Source: PVC group bacterium (lineage in GTDB: Bacteria > Auribacterota > Erginobacteria > Erginobacterales > Erginobacteraceae). Taken from it: a DNA stretch of 54,223 bases. The stretch's first letter is position 1. The number at the start of each line of letters is the position of its first letter. The notes under the pieces are model-generated. The model did no database searches. It had not been told where the DNA came from and was given only the letters and a program-made list of their open reading frames with translations. The position numbers were made by a program, and so were the translations under genes. The stretch covers positions 1 to 54,223 of the forward strand of contig JAZDIV010000127.1 in assembly GCA_043804695.1 (NCBI GenBank), read 5' to 3'. Below, one piece after another: positions 18,005 through 27,176 of the stretch.

Positions 18005-19321
18005 ATGAACCGATCGAAGTTATTGATCGTGATCGTTTTCGCGGCCGGGGCGGCAGTGTTGCTGACGCCGGGACTGTACGCGGGAGCGTATGAATGGGGC
18101 GGCCTGGGCAGCCGGGCCGCCGCCATGGGCGGGGCCTTCATCGGCCTGGCCGACGACTGGACGGCCAGTTACTGGAACCCGGGCGGTCTGGCCCAGCTGG
18201 GGGGCAACGGGGTCGGGATCGACCTCCTCTCCCCGCACGTCACCATCCGCGGGAGCAACTCGTTCGCCAACCTCCCGCCCTCTCCCGGAACCTACGAACG
18301 CTATAAATACACCAAGGACGTGTTTATTAATTACAGCGGGTTAGAGCCTTATAGTTTCAGCAAAACATCCACCAACTACCACTTCTACCAGCCCCAGGGC
18401 GCCGGCTGCTATGTCACCCTCCCGGAGTTCACCCTGGGGATCGCCGTCTACTCGCCGATGGGCTACTACTCGGACTGGGAGGACACCGTCCCCTACGGGA
18501 TGGGGTCCATCTACGCCAAGAACTTTCAACAGCTGATTATCGTGGAGACCCAGTTCACGATCGCCCGGGAGATCGTCGACGGCCTCTATGCCGGGGCCGG
18601 GGCGGCCCTCATCTATGACCGCCTGGAACGGAAGAGCGACAAGGACGTCCAGAATTCGGGGATTCTTGATTACCACTACGACTTCGATATTAAAGACGAC
18701 GGGTTCGGCGCGGAGGGGATGTTCGGCCTCCTCTATCAGATATCGGACATGATCAGCCTGGGCGGCGTCTACCGGACCGGGTCCACGGTCAAGATGACCG
18801 GAAAGGCCTCCAGCAGCCTGACCTTCATGGGACTCTCCGAAGATACCCACAACACCTATAAATTCCGCCATCCGCCAACCTGGGGGATCGGTGTCGCGGT
18901 CAAGCCGATCGTGGACAGGCTCACCCTGACCGCCGATTTCCAGCAGTCGCTCTGGTCGTTCTACCGGACCAATGTTCAGTACAACCAGGACGGCGTGCTT
19001 CTTCAGAGTTCATCTTACGACGAAGACTGGCACGACTCCAACCGGTACCGGATCGGAGGGGAATACATGCTGAAGCCGACCTGGGCTCTCCGGGCCGGCT
19101 ACTTCTTCGACGAATCCCCGCTTCCGGCCAAGGCGGTCAGCCTAGCCCATATCGCCGACGTGGACCGGAACAACTTCACCTTCGGAACCGGCTTCGAGGT
19201 CGCCCGTGACTTTTCCCTCGACCTTCTGGGCGCCTATGGATGGGGGGACCGGACCGCCGAGGGGGCCAAATTTGAACAGCGGATCTGGGCCGTCGGACTC
19301 GACGCCACTTATCTTTTTTAA
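18005..19321 (+). CDS. Outer-membrane transport protein, OMPP1/FadL/TodX family
   Basis: Signal peptide, then GSRAAAMGGAFIGLADDWTASYWNPGGLA (FadL N-terminal signature), and a C-terminal aromatic residue (..ATYLF). Confidence 0.85.
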   Translation: MNRSKLLIVIVFAAGAAVLLTPGLYAGAYEWGGLGSRAAAMGGAFIGLADDWTASYWNPGGLAQLGGNGVGIDLLSPHVTIRGSNSFANLPPSPGTYERYKYTKDVFINYSGLEPYSFSKTSTNYHFYQPQGAGCYVTLPEFTLGIAVYSPMGYYSDWEDTVPYGMGSIYAKNFQQLIIVETQFTIAREIVDGLYAGAGAALIYDRLERKSDKDVQNSGILDYHYDFDIKDDGFGAEGMFGLLYQISDMISLGGVYRTGSTVKMTGKASSSLTFMGLSEDTHNTYKFRHPPTWGIGVAVKPIVDRLTLTADFQQSLWSFYRTNVQYNQDGVLLQSSSYDEDWHDSNRYRIGGEYMLKPTWALRAGYFFDESPLPAKAVSLAHIADVDRNNFTFGTGFEVARDFSLDLLGAYGWGDRTAEGAKFEQRIWAVGLDATYLF

Positions 19322-19340
19322 GCGCATTTTGTTAAAACAA

Positions 19341-19379
19341 AAAGCCCCCGGCTGCTTCGCAGCCGGGGGCTTTATTTTT
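19341..19379 (+). terminator. Rho-independent terminator after the FadL gene
   Basis: gcccccggctg-cttcg-cagccgggggc followed by tttattttt. Confidence 0.8.
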
Positions 19380-19428
19380 ACTAGAGCGAGACTATCAATT
19401 AATTAATAATCTTGTAAATCCTAATATC

Positions 19429-19459
19429 TTCAGCCAAAGGCTGATCCGCCTCTGGCGGA
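19429..19459. repeat. Family D repeat (TTCAGCCAAAGGCTGATCCGCCTCTGGCGGA)
   Basis: Matches the core at 14090-14135, 29731-29760 and, inverted, at 31178-31212. Confidence 0.75.
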
Positions 19460-19490
19460 AAATACTAAATTTTAAACAATATCAAATGAC

Positions 19491-19550
19491 CATAAATTAG
19501 CGCCTGCGGCGCTAATTTATCTGGACTCCCAACTGAATCAGTCGGGAGTC
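19491..19550. repeat. Family C palindrome (AAATTAGCGCC-TGC-GGCGCTAATTT) plus GGACTCCC hairpin
   Basis: The two-hairpin module is the inverted counterpart of 45286-45345. Confidence 0.7.
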
Positions 19551-19758
19551 TGTTGATTAACTAAAATTTTTCATCGAGGCACCACGATAAAAAAGTCTTA
19601 TAACCTTAGCCAACATGTGCCCCAAAGAATATAATTTATCTATCGGTTTCAGATATTCCATTCCTATTTTTCCCTTGGAAAAATAAAATTTAGGATTTTT
19701 AGGGAAAACATAACGACAAGTCCCTGCCTTTTTTAGGAGAAAAAAACTCCGGCATCTC

Positions 19759-20709
19759 CTACCCTTGTATCATCTTCCGCACTTCCTCCAGCTGCCCGGC
19801 GCTGCCCAGTACTTCGTTCTTGTGGGCGATGTACTGGGCGTATTCGTCCATAAAAACCTCTCCCGGCTGGCGCAGGTCGAAGACCTCGGGGTGATCCCGG
19901 AAATACTCCCGGTGGACCCGGCACCAGACCAGCCGGCCGTCGGTGTCGATGTTGACCTTGGTCACCCCCATTTTCGCCGCCTGGCTGATCTGCTCCTCGT
20001 CAACCCCTTTCGCACCTTTCATGGCGCCGCCGGCGGCGTTGATCCGGCGCACTTCATCCTGGGGGACGGAGCTGGAGCCGTGCATCACGATCGGGAAGCC
20101 GGGGAGCAGCTTCTGGATCCCCTGGATGATTTCGAAATGCAGTCCCAGGCTCCCGGAGAACTTGTAGGCGCCGTGGCTGGTCCCGAAGGCGCAGGCCAGG
20201 CTGTCGCAGCCGGTGCGCCGGACGAACTCCGCGGCCTCTTTTGGATCGGTGAGATGAGCGGACGCCTCATCCACGGACACGTGTTCCTCGACCCCTCCCA
20301 GCGTCCCCAGTTCGGCCTCCACCGCGATCCCCCGGGCGTGAGCCGCCTCCACCACCCGTTTGGTGATGGCAATATTCTCCTCGAACCCCTTGCTGCTGGC
20401 GTCGATCATGACGGAACTGTAAAAGCCGCTCTCAATGCAGTCCAGGCAGGTGGCTTCATCGCCATGGTCCAGATGAACGGCATAGATCGTGGACGGGAAA
20501 ATCTCGTCGGCGGCCCTGATCATGGCCTCAAGCAGCCGCTTGTCGGTGAAGGAACGGGCGCCCTTGGAGATCTGGATAATGAAAGGAGCCTCACTGTCCA
20601 GGTTGCCGCGGAAGAGGCCCATAATCTGTTCCGCGTTGTTGATGTTGTAGGCGCCCAGGGCGTACTTTCCGTAAGCGTGCCGGAACAGGTCTTTCGTCGA
20701 TACGATCAT
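19759..20709 (-). CDS. fba: Fructose-bisphosphate aldolase, class II
   Basis: MIVSTKDLF..., HLDHG and GTSHGAYK motifs. GAGGAGGAG SD before the ATG at 20709. The 40-aa upstream extension in the track ORF is non-homologous. Confidence 0.9.
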   Translation of the reverse strand: MIVSTKDLFRHAYGKYALGAYNINNAEQIMGLFRGNLDSEAPFIIQISKGARSFTDKRLLEAMIRAADEIFPSTIYAVHLDHGDEATCLDCIESGFYSSVMIDASSKGFEENIAITKRVVEAAHARGIAVEAELGTLGGVEEHVSVDEASAHLTDPKEAAEFVRRTGCDSLACAFGTSHGAYKFSGSLGLHFEIIQGIQKLLPGFPIVMHGSSSVPQDEVRRINAAGGAMKGAKGVDEEQISQAAKMGVTKVNIDTDGRLVWCRVHREYFRDHPEVFDLRQPGEVFMDEYAQYIAHKNEVLGSAGQLEEVRKMIQG

Positions 20710-20806
20710 TATTCTCCTCCTCGATTTACTTTGACCCAGACGAACACAGATTATGTCCCCTGCCTCGGCCCCTAAAATTAGCAGACGATTGAATGTGATT
20801 GAATGT

Positions 20807-20835
20807 AAATTAGCTCGCCGCGCTAGCAAATTTAT
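20807..20835. repeat. Family C palindrome (AAATTAGCTCGCCGCGCTAGCAAATTTAT)
   Basis: It lies about 100 nt 5' of fba. Its minus-strand reading aaatttgctagcgcggcgagctaattt gives the same orientation relative to the gene as the + strand copies. Confidence 0.7.
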
Positions 20836-21026
20836 ATGAATAATAATTTGCTATGATGCATGTAAACTGATCATGACTTTGGGATTAGAAAAATCCAACA
20901 GTTCACGCCATTACGGCAATTTTTGTCACATTATTAAAGTTCCGAAACAGCCCCGATAATCGGGCCAAGATGGCCCTCCCACAGTTGCAAAGCTAACTTG
21001 CTGCTTCGGAATTTCAATAATTATTA

Positions 21027-21110
21027 GCCACCAAGGCACAAAGGCACCAAGAAAAGAGGGGAAAAAGTAAAATACTCACCTTTTTTGGTTTTTCTTGGTG
21101 TCTTAGTGGC
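21027..21110. repeat. CCACCAAG-arm inverted-repeat element (compact type copy)
   Basis: gccaccaaggcacaaaggcaccaag ... cttggtgtcttagtggc around a 42-nt A/T-rich loop. Confidence 0.85.
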
Positions 21111-21145
21111 AAAAGTTGCGAGCGAAGCGAGCTAAGTTCTATTTA
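21111..21145. repeat. Family C module (AAAAGTTGCGAGCGAAGCGAGCTAAGTTCTATTTA)
   Basis: Immediately 3' of the ACT-protein stop codon. Confidence 0.7.
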
Positions 21146-21628
21146 CAATCCCATGATGGAGTATACGATATCCGTGACCACCCCGTCGGTTTCCAGCCGG
21201 ATCAGGATCGGATCGAGCTCGCTCGGCGACCCCGCCAGCAGGTAGGTCCACCCCTTCGGTCCCGCATTGACCAGCTCGCTGGTCAGAAACGAGTTTTCCC
21301 CCGCCACGTCTCGCGGAGCCAGCTCCCGGGCGGTGCGGATGATGACCGACTTCCGCAGGCTCTGGGACTCATAGGGATGCATCTCCAGCGATTTGACCTT
21401 GCTCAGCCGCCGGATCTTGCGGACCATGATGTCCTTCTCGTCCTCGCTGCAGTGGAAGGTCATGACCACGCTGCCGTCGATCCCGGCCCGCTCTTCCAGG
21501 CCGTGGCCGACCACGGTGTCGATGCTGATCCCTTCGTTGCTGAAAGCCGACGCGATGCTGGTCAGCGCGCCGGAGCGGTCATAGACATGGGCCCGGAAGA
21601 CCCAGTGGCGTTTCTCCTTCTTGTTCAT
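21143..21628 (-). CDS. ACT-domain protein (acetolactate-synthase-small-subunit-like regulatory fold)
   Basis: 161 aa from ATG 21628. WVFRAHVYDRSGALTSIASAFSNEGISIDTV is an ACT signature. The start overlaps the ptb-buk stop in ATGA. Confidence 0.7.
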   Translation of the reverse strand: MNKKEKRHWVFRAHVYDRSGALTSIASAFSNEGISIDTVVGHGLEERAGIDGSVVMTFHCSEDEKDIMVRKIRRLSKVKSLEMHPYESQSLRKSVIIRTARELAPRDVAGENSFLTSELVNAGPKGWTYLLAGSPSELDPILIRLETDGVVTDIVYSIMGL

Positions 21629-23790
21629 TTTTTCATTCTCCTGGTTTTCTCTCTTCCAGAGGAAGGAGGGTAACGGAGAGCCGGCGTTTGGCCCGAGAGG
21701 ACGGCCCGGGCTCCGGCCGCCAGAGCATCCATCTCCAGGGAGCCCTCGAAGACTATTACCGGAGCCAGATAACTGACCCGGCGCCGCACCTCCGTTCGTA
21801 TCCGCCGGCTCCGGGTGAGCCCCCCCGTCAGAATGATCGCCTCCACGTCGCACCCGGCGGCCACGAACATCGCCCCGATCTCCTTGGCTATCTGGTAGAT
21901 CATCGCCTCGACTACCCGCTCCGCCTTTTTATCGCCGCCAGCGATCCGCTCCTCGATCACCGCCATGTTGTCCTCTCCCAGATAAGACCAGAGGCCTCCG
22001 CGTTCGGTCAGCTCGGAGATCAGCTCGTCCCGGGAAAAACGCCCCGAGTAGCAGATGTCAATCAGCGCGGCCGTGGGAAGCCGGCCGGCCCGGCGGGCGG
22101 TAAAGGGCCCCTCCCCCAGGAGCGCGATCGAGTTGTCGATTATCTTGCCCCCCTTCACCGCCGCGACCGTGATACCGCCACCCAGGTGGGCGACCACCAG
22201 GTTGGTATCCTCCACCGGGCGCCTGACCTGGGCGGCAGCCAGCTGGGCGGCCGCCTTCACGCTGAGGACGTGGGCGATGCTGCGGCGCGGGATGCCGACA
22301 TACCCGGACACCTCGGCCGCGGGGACAAACTCATCCACCACCACCGGGTCGGTGATGAAGGCGGGAGCCCGAAACCGCCGGGCCAGCGCCGCCGCCACCG
22401 GAACGCCATAGTTGCTGGCGTGGCGCCGCTCCGGCCGGTCGAACGCCGCGGAGACGATGCCCTCCTCCACGACGATCTGCTTTCCGAGCCTCTCGGCAAC
22501 CAGATAGGTGCCCCCGGGGATTTTCCGGGAGCCGCGGGGCAGGAAGCCGCCCCGGGCGGCCACCGCGTCGATCCGGCGGATCCCCCACCGGCCGACCACC
22601 TCGACCGCCTGCCGGACCAGCCCGGCGGCGACGGCGGCCCGATCCTCCCGGTCCGCCGGCAGAGGAATCGCCCCCTCGATCTCGGTGGAATGGGAGATCC
22701 GGGCTCCCTCGAAGAGAGCGATCTTGACCGAGAGGGAGCCCGGGTTGTAGACCAGGATCCGGGGTTCCTTCCCGGACGCCCGCGCAACCGGCCGGACGGG
22801 GGCGGCCGGCCGGCGGCGGACACGCTGGGCGAATACGCTGCAGAGGGCGATCGACTCCAGGCGGGTCTCCAGGGTGTCGGAGCGGGAGAGAATGATATAG
22901 GGGAAGGGGAAACCCACGGTGATCCCGGCCAGAGACGCCAGGCCGTATTTATTCAGGGCGGTGATGATCTTGTAAAGGGCGTTGGCGGTGTCAATCCCAG
23001 GGCAGACCAGGATGTCCGCCCGCCCGGCCACCTCGCGAGCGGCTTCGTTGGAGGGCACCCCTTTCATGGCCACGGAATCGGGATCGGTCGCCAGGTCGAA
23101 GGAGAGGGGGCCGTAGACAACCGCGTCCGTCCACGTGCGCCGGGAAAGCTGGGCGCCCATCCGGGTGGAGGGCAGGGAAGCGATCTGCTTCTCGTTGGCC
23201 GAGAGGATGGCCACCCGGGGCCGGCTGATCCCCATGACGATCCGGGCCAGATCGACGGCGTTCCTGACCAGGTCCACCATCCGTCCGAAGTTACAGATAG
23301 TGGTGAATCCGGCGTCGGTCAGAATCATCGGACGGCCGGAGGAGATCGGCGCGGCGTCGAAGACGGTCGCCAGGCTGACCGTTGATCGGACCGCCAGGGG
23401 CCGGAGAGCGCGGTTGATGATCGGGGTGGAGATATCCCCCTTGAGCACGATATCGGCGGCGCCCGACCGGACAAGCTCATATGTCGCCGCCGCCGTCTCC
23501 TCGGCGGAACCGGCCGCCACGACCTCGTCCCGGCGGATGCTGATCCCCACCTCGGCGATGCCCTCTTCGATCGCCCGTCGGTCGCCGACCAGGATAATCC
23601 GGTCGACGATCCCGTGGTCCCGGGCCGCCTCAACCAGACGGAGGTCCTCCACCCGGTCCCCCCCGGGAACGATCACGGTCGAAGGGGGGAGCCGGCCCGC
23701 GATCTCCACCAGGTCGGCCACCGATTTTAAAATCTCCGGCTCCTCGTGGTCGCGTTCAGCGTCATTCATCACGATTCTTTGCCTGACCAT
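21625..23790 (-). CDS. Fused phosphate butyryl/acetyltransferase (N) - butyrate kinase (C)
   Basis: Residues ~20-320 resemble PTA_PTB (ILTDAGFT..., VCPGIDTANALYK). Residues ~343-721 resemble butyrate kinase (ILVYNPGSLSVKIALFEG, VAHLGGGITVAA, ILTGGL). An Arg/Pro-rich linker sits at 22762-22827. Confidence 0.85.
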   Translation of the reverse strand: MVRQRIVMNDAERDHEEPEILKSVADLVEIAGRLPPSTVIVPGGDRVEDLRLVEAARDHGIVDRIILVGDRRAIEEGIAEVGISIRRDEVVAAGSAEETAAATYELVRSGAADIVLKGDISTPIINRALRPLAVRSTVSLATVFDAAPISSGRPMILTDAGFTTICNFGRMVDLVRNAVDLARIVMGISRPRVAILSANEKQIASLPSTRMGAQLSRRTWTDAVVYGPLSFDLATDPDSVAMKGVPSNEAAREVAGRADILVCPGIDTANALYKIITALNKYGLASLAGITVGFPFPYIILSRSDTLETRLESIALCSVFAQRVRRRPAAPVRPVARASGKEPRILVYNPGSLSVKIALFEGARISHSTEIEGAIPLPADREDRAAVAAGLVRQAVEVVGRWGIRRIDAVAARGGFLPRGSRKIPGGTYLVAERLGKQIVVEEGIVSAAFDRPERRHASNYGVPVAAALARRFRAPAFITDPVVVDEFVPAAEVSGYVGIPRRSIAHVLSVKAAAQLAAAQVRRPVEDTNLVVAHLGGGITVAAVKGGKIIDNSIALLGEGPFTARRAGRLPTAALIDICYSGRFSRDELISELTERGGLWSYLGEDNMAVIEERIAGGDKKAERVVEAMIYQIAKEIGAMFVAAGCDVEAIILTGGLTRSRRIRTEVRRRVSYLAPVIVFEGSLEMDALAAGARAVLSGQTPALRYPPSSGREKTRRMKK

Positions 23791-23951
23791 ATAACCGCCT
23801 CAAATTCTGTCTACCGGTGAAAATAATAGCATCCCTCTCTTCAATCAGCAAATAAAATAGTCATTATCATTTTCATACTAATCCCGCTGATCTGGCTCCA
23901 GCACACTGTTTCTTCTTGCCCGACAGGAGAACAGCATATATTTTTAGCGCC

Positions 23952-23993
23952 GGTTCAAAACATAAATTTGCGAACGAAGTGAGCTAACTCGTT
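23952..23993. repeat. Family C module abutting the start codon of the EamA gene
   Basis: ggttcaaaacataaatttgcgaacgaagtgagctaactcgtt, directly followed by ATG 23994. Confidence 0.75.
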
Positions 23994-24854
23994 ATGGCTT
24001 ATCTCCTGATTGTTTCTTTGATCTGGGCTTTCTCTTTCGGGCTGATCAAGACATACCTGCAGGGGGTTGACCCCTTTGTCATCGCCTGGGCCCGGATGGC
24101 CGTCGCCCTCCCCCTCTTTCTCCCCTTTCTCCGCCTCCGGGGGCTGCCGCCGGCGATCGCGATCCGCCTGGTCTTCATCGGGTTCGTTCAATACGGGGTG
24201 ATGTACATAACCTATCTCCAGGCCTTCCGGTACCTGGAGGCGTATCAGGTCGCGATTTTCACCATCTTCACCCCCCTCTACGTGACGCTGATCGACGACC
24301 TCCGCGCCCGGCGGTTCCGGCCCCTGAGCCTTCTGGCCGCGGGGATGGCGGTGGCCGGGGCGGCGATCATCACCTACCGGGGGATGGGGCGGGGAGGGAT
24401 CCTGACCGGGTTCTTCCTGATGCAGCTCTCAAATCTCTGCTTCGCCTACGGCCAGATCGAGTACAAGCGTCTCCGCCCCGCCTTTGCCCGTTTCCGGGAC
24501 CGGCAGGTTTATGCTCTCCTCTACCTGGGCGCGGCGGCGATAACCGCGCTCGCCACCACGCTATCAGGAGGATGGGGAAGCCTGGCCATACTGGATCTCA
24601 GACAGGCCGGCACGCTTCTCTACCTCGGCGTCCTGGCGTCCGGCCTCTGTTTTTTCTGGTGGAACAAGGGAGCGGTGCTGACCGACGCCGGGACACTGGC
24701 GGTCTTCAACAACATGAAGATCCCGCTGGCCGTCGCCGTTTCTCTGGCCGTCTTCGGGGAGAGGGCCGATCTGGTCCGCCTGATCCTGGGAGGGAGCGTG
24801 ATGGCATTCGCAGTCTGGTTCTCCCGGAGACCGCCGCCCGGGATCGTTAGCTAG
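23994..24854 (+). CDS. DMT-superfamily (EamA-like) transporter
   Basis: 286 aa, about 10 TM helices, with two EamA-like halves. Confidence 0.75.
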   Translation: MAYLLIVSLIWAFSFGLIKTYLQGVDPFVIAWARMAVALPLFLPFLRLRGLPPAIAIRLVFIGFVQYGVMYITYLQAFRYLEAYQVAIFTIFTPLYVTLIDDLRARRFRPLSLLAAGMAVAGAAIITYRGMGRGGILTGFFLMQLSNLCFAYGQIEYKRLRPAFARFRDRQVYALLYLGAAAITALATTLSGGWGSLAILDLRQAGTLLYLGVLASGLCFFWWNKGAVLTDAGTLAVFNNMKIPLAVAVSLAVFGERADLVRLILGGSVMAFAVWFSRRPPPGIVS

Positions 24855-24882
24855 ACCATGTTCGAAAAGGTCTTTGAGCAGG

Positions 24883-25065
24883 AAATCCTAAATCCTAATA
24901 TCTAAATCCTAAATAAATTCTAAATCCAAATTTCAAATGTTCAAAACATCGTGCCATCGACGCTTTTGTTTTGAATTCATTATTTTGGTCATTAGATATT
25001 GTTTCTGTCTTCGCTCTTCGAGCTTCGCCGGACAGGTAGGATTTCGTGCTTCGATATTAGGATTT
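24883..25065. repeat. AAATCCTAA-arm inverted-repeat element
   Basis: Left arm aaatcctaaatcctaatatctaaatcctaaataaattctaaatcc. Right arm taggatttcgtgcttcgatattaggattt. Same family as the outer layer at 15522-15923. Confidence 0.75.
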
Positions 25066-25172
25066 GAGAGCTTGCGAGCTTTTCTAGTAAGCTCTATCTA
25101 ACCCGATTTATAAGATACATTTTCCAATCGAGGCAAAGCATGCGGCCACGGATACATCGGGCCGGGGGCAGT

Positions 25173-25349
25173 CTTTAGAGGCTGTCCGACAATTGCTATT
25201 TCGCCGAATTTTGAGGTCATTGCGAGGAGCGTAGCGACGAAGCAATCCCAACCCGTTTTGTTGTAACGCATTCCGCTCGAGAATTGAGATCGCTTCGCCC
25301 ATCCGGGGCTCGCGATAACAATTTGGGGGTTGTCGGACAGCCTCTTTAG
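25173..25349. repeat. Nested composite: CTTTAGAGGCTGTCCGACA arms around a GTCATTGCGAGG element
   Basis: Outer arms at 25173-25191 and 25331-25349. Inner element at 25216-25318 (gtcattgcgaggagcgtagcgacgaagcaatc ... ggggctcgcgataac). Confidence 0.8.
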
Positions 25350-25422
25350 GGTTGCGCGACGGCCGGTTTTATGAGAAGTTATGGACAATACACCCACCAT
25401 TGTTACTGCCGGAGAAAAGAAG

Positions 25423-26976
25423 ATGCCCATGAACAATAATAAAACCGAGGATCTGCGCCGACGGAAGGAACGAATCACCCTCGGCGGCGGCGCCGCCGGG
25501 ATCGAGAAACAACACCAGAAAGGCAAGCTGACCGCCCGGGAGAGGCTGGCCCTGCTCTTCGATGAGGGAACCTTCGTGGAACTGGACGCTTTCGTGAAAC
25601 ACCGCTGCACCTACTTCGGGATGGAGAAGAAAGAGGCCCCCGGGGAAGGGGTGGTGACCGGATACGGCCAGGTCGACGGCAGGCCGGTGTGCGCTTTCGC
25701 CCAGGATTTCACCGTCATCGGCGGGTCGCTGGGAGAGATGCAGGCGCAGAAGATCTGCAAGGTCCTGGACAACGCACTGAAAGTCGGAGCCCCGGTGGTC
25801 GGGATGAACGACTCCGGCGGCGCCCGCATCCAGGAGGGGGTCAACTCGCTCAAGGGGTACGGTGACATCTTCTACCGGAACACGCTCGCCTCCGGGGTCA
25901 GTCCCCAGATCTCGGTCATCATGGGCCCCTGCGCGGGGGGCGCGGTATATTCTCCGGCCCTGACCGACTTCATCTTCATGGTGGACAAGACCAGCAAGAT
26001 GTTCATCACCGGGCCGGAAGTGATCAAGTCCGTCACCGGGGAAGAAGTCTCTCCGGAAGCCCTGGGAGGGGCGATGACGCACAACACCACCAGCGGGGTG
26101 GCGTCCTTCATCGCCGGTGACGACGCGTCGTGCATAGCCTCGATCAAACGGCTTCTGGGCTTTCTGCCGTCCAATAACGCGGAGAGCCCCCCGCTCAGCC
26201 CGTCCGTTGACGACCCCAACCGCCTGATTCCGGAGCTGGAGGGGATCATCCCGGAGAACGCGGCCCGCCCGTACGACATCCGCGACCTGATCGGGCGGAT
26301 CGTGGACCAGGGGGATTTCTTCGAGTACATGCCCTATTACGCCATGAACATGGTGACCGGCTTCGCCCGGATGGGCGGCCAGCCGGTCGGCGTGGTGGCC
26401 AACCAGCCGAAGGTGCTGGCGGGCTGCCTGGACATCAACGCCTCCGACAAGGCGGCCCGTTTCGTGAGAACCTGCGACGCCTTCAACATCCCCCTGCTGA
26501 CGATCGTGGACGTCCCGGGATTCCTCCCCGGAGTCGACCAGGAGTACGGAGGGATCATCCGCCACGGCGCCAAGCTGCTGTACGCCTACAGCGAGGCCAC
26601 GGTGCCCCTGGTCACTCTGATCGTGCGCAAAGCCTACGGCGGCGCGTACATCGCGATGAGCTCCAAGCACCTGGGCGGGGACCTGGTGCTGGCCTGGCCC
26701 AAAGCCGAGATCGCGGTGATGGGGCCGGCGGGAGCGGCCAACATCATCTTCCGGAAAGAGATCACGGGCGCCCCCGATCCGGCGGCGATGCGGGCGTCTA
26801 AAATCGGGGAGTACACCGCCGAGTTCGCCACCCCCTACAAGGCGGCCGAACTGGGATATGTTGATGATGTGATCGACCCGGCCGTGACCAGGCCGCGGCT
26901 GATCGACGCCTTCAACATGCTGGAGACAAAGCGGGAGAAACTGCCGGCCAAGAAGCACGGCAACATGCCGGTGTAA
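25423..26976 (+). CDS. Acyl-CoA carboxyltransferase, alpha subunit of Na+-translocating (methylmalonyl/glutaconyl)-CoA decarboxylase
   Basis: PccB/12S-type sequence (GKLTARERL, DSGGARIQEG, MGPCAGGAVYSPA). GGAGAA SD before ATG 25423. Followed by OadG-like, BCCP and OadB-like genes. Confidence 0.85.
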   Translation: MPMNNNKTEDLRRRKERITLGGGAAGIEKQHQKGKLTARERLALLFDEGTFVELDAFVKHRCTYFGMEKKEAPGEGVVTGYGQVDGRPVCAFAQDFTVIGGSLGEMQAQKICKVLDNALKVGAPVVGMNDSGGARIQEGVNSLKGYGDIFYRNTLASGVSPQISVIMGPCAGGAVYSPALTDFIFMVDKTSKMFITGPEVIKSVTGEEVSPEALGGAMTHNTTSGVASFIAGDDASCIASIKRLLGFLPSNNAESPPLSPSVDDPNRLIPELEGIIPENAARPYDIRDLIGRIVDQGDFFEYMPYYAMNMVTGFARMGGQPVGVVANQPKVLAGCLDINASDKAARFVRTCDAFNIPLLTIVDVPGFLPGVDQEYGGIIRHGAKLLYAYSEATVPLVTLIVRKAYGGAYIAMSSKHLGGDLVLAWPKAEIAVMGPAGAANIIFRKEITGAPDPAAMRASKIGEYTAEFATPYKAAELGYVDDVIDPAVTRPRLIDAFNMLETKREKLPAKKHGNMPV

Positions 26977-27040
26977 AGCAACGACAGAATACAGGGGATT
27001 ATCTACTATATTGCAACACACCGTAACGATTAGCTTTAAA

Positions 27041-27112
27041 GGAGTGTTGGAGTAATGGAGTGATGGATGGCCGGCAACCCATCACTCCAACATTCCATCA
27101 CTCCACTATTCC
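27041..27112. repeat. Inverted-repeat family E inside the decarboxylase operon
   Basis: ggagtgttggagtaatggagtgatggatgg ... ccatcactccaacattccatcactccactattcc. Confidence 0.8.
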
Positions 27113-27176
27113 AGAAGAATGCCCGAGCCCCGATGAATCGGCGTTAACCTCCTAAAAGAATACTTCTAAGTGCATC

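Noticed and set aside
19759-20829. Long form of the fba ORF (356 aa)
   Set aside because: The first 40 codons run through a repeat and have no homology. An ATG with a strong SD at 20709 gives a canonical class II aldolase N-terminus.
21143-21853. Long form of the ACT-protein ORF (236 aa)
   Set aside because: The upstream 75 codons overlap the 3' end of ptb-buk in another frame and are Gly/Pro/Ser-rich. The ATGA-coupled start at 21628 is more plausible.
25369-27021. 550-aa ORF antisense to the carboxyltransferase gene
   Set aside because: It is a shadow ORF typical of GC-rich DNA. It is Arg/Gly/Pro/Asp/His-rich with no recognisable motif, whereas the + strand ORF has strong family motifs.
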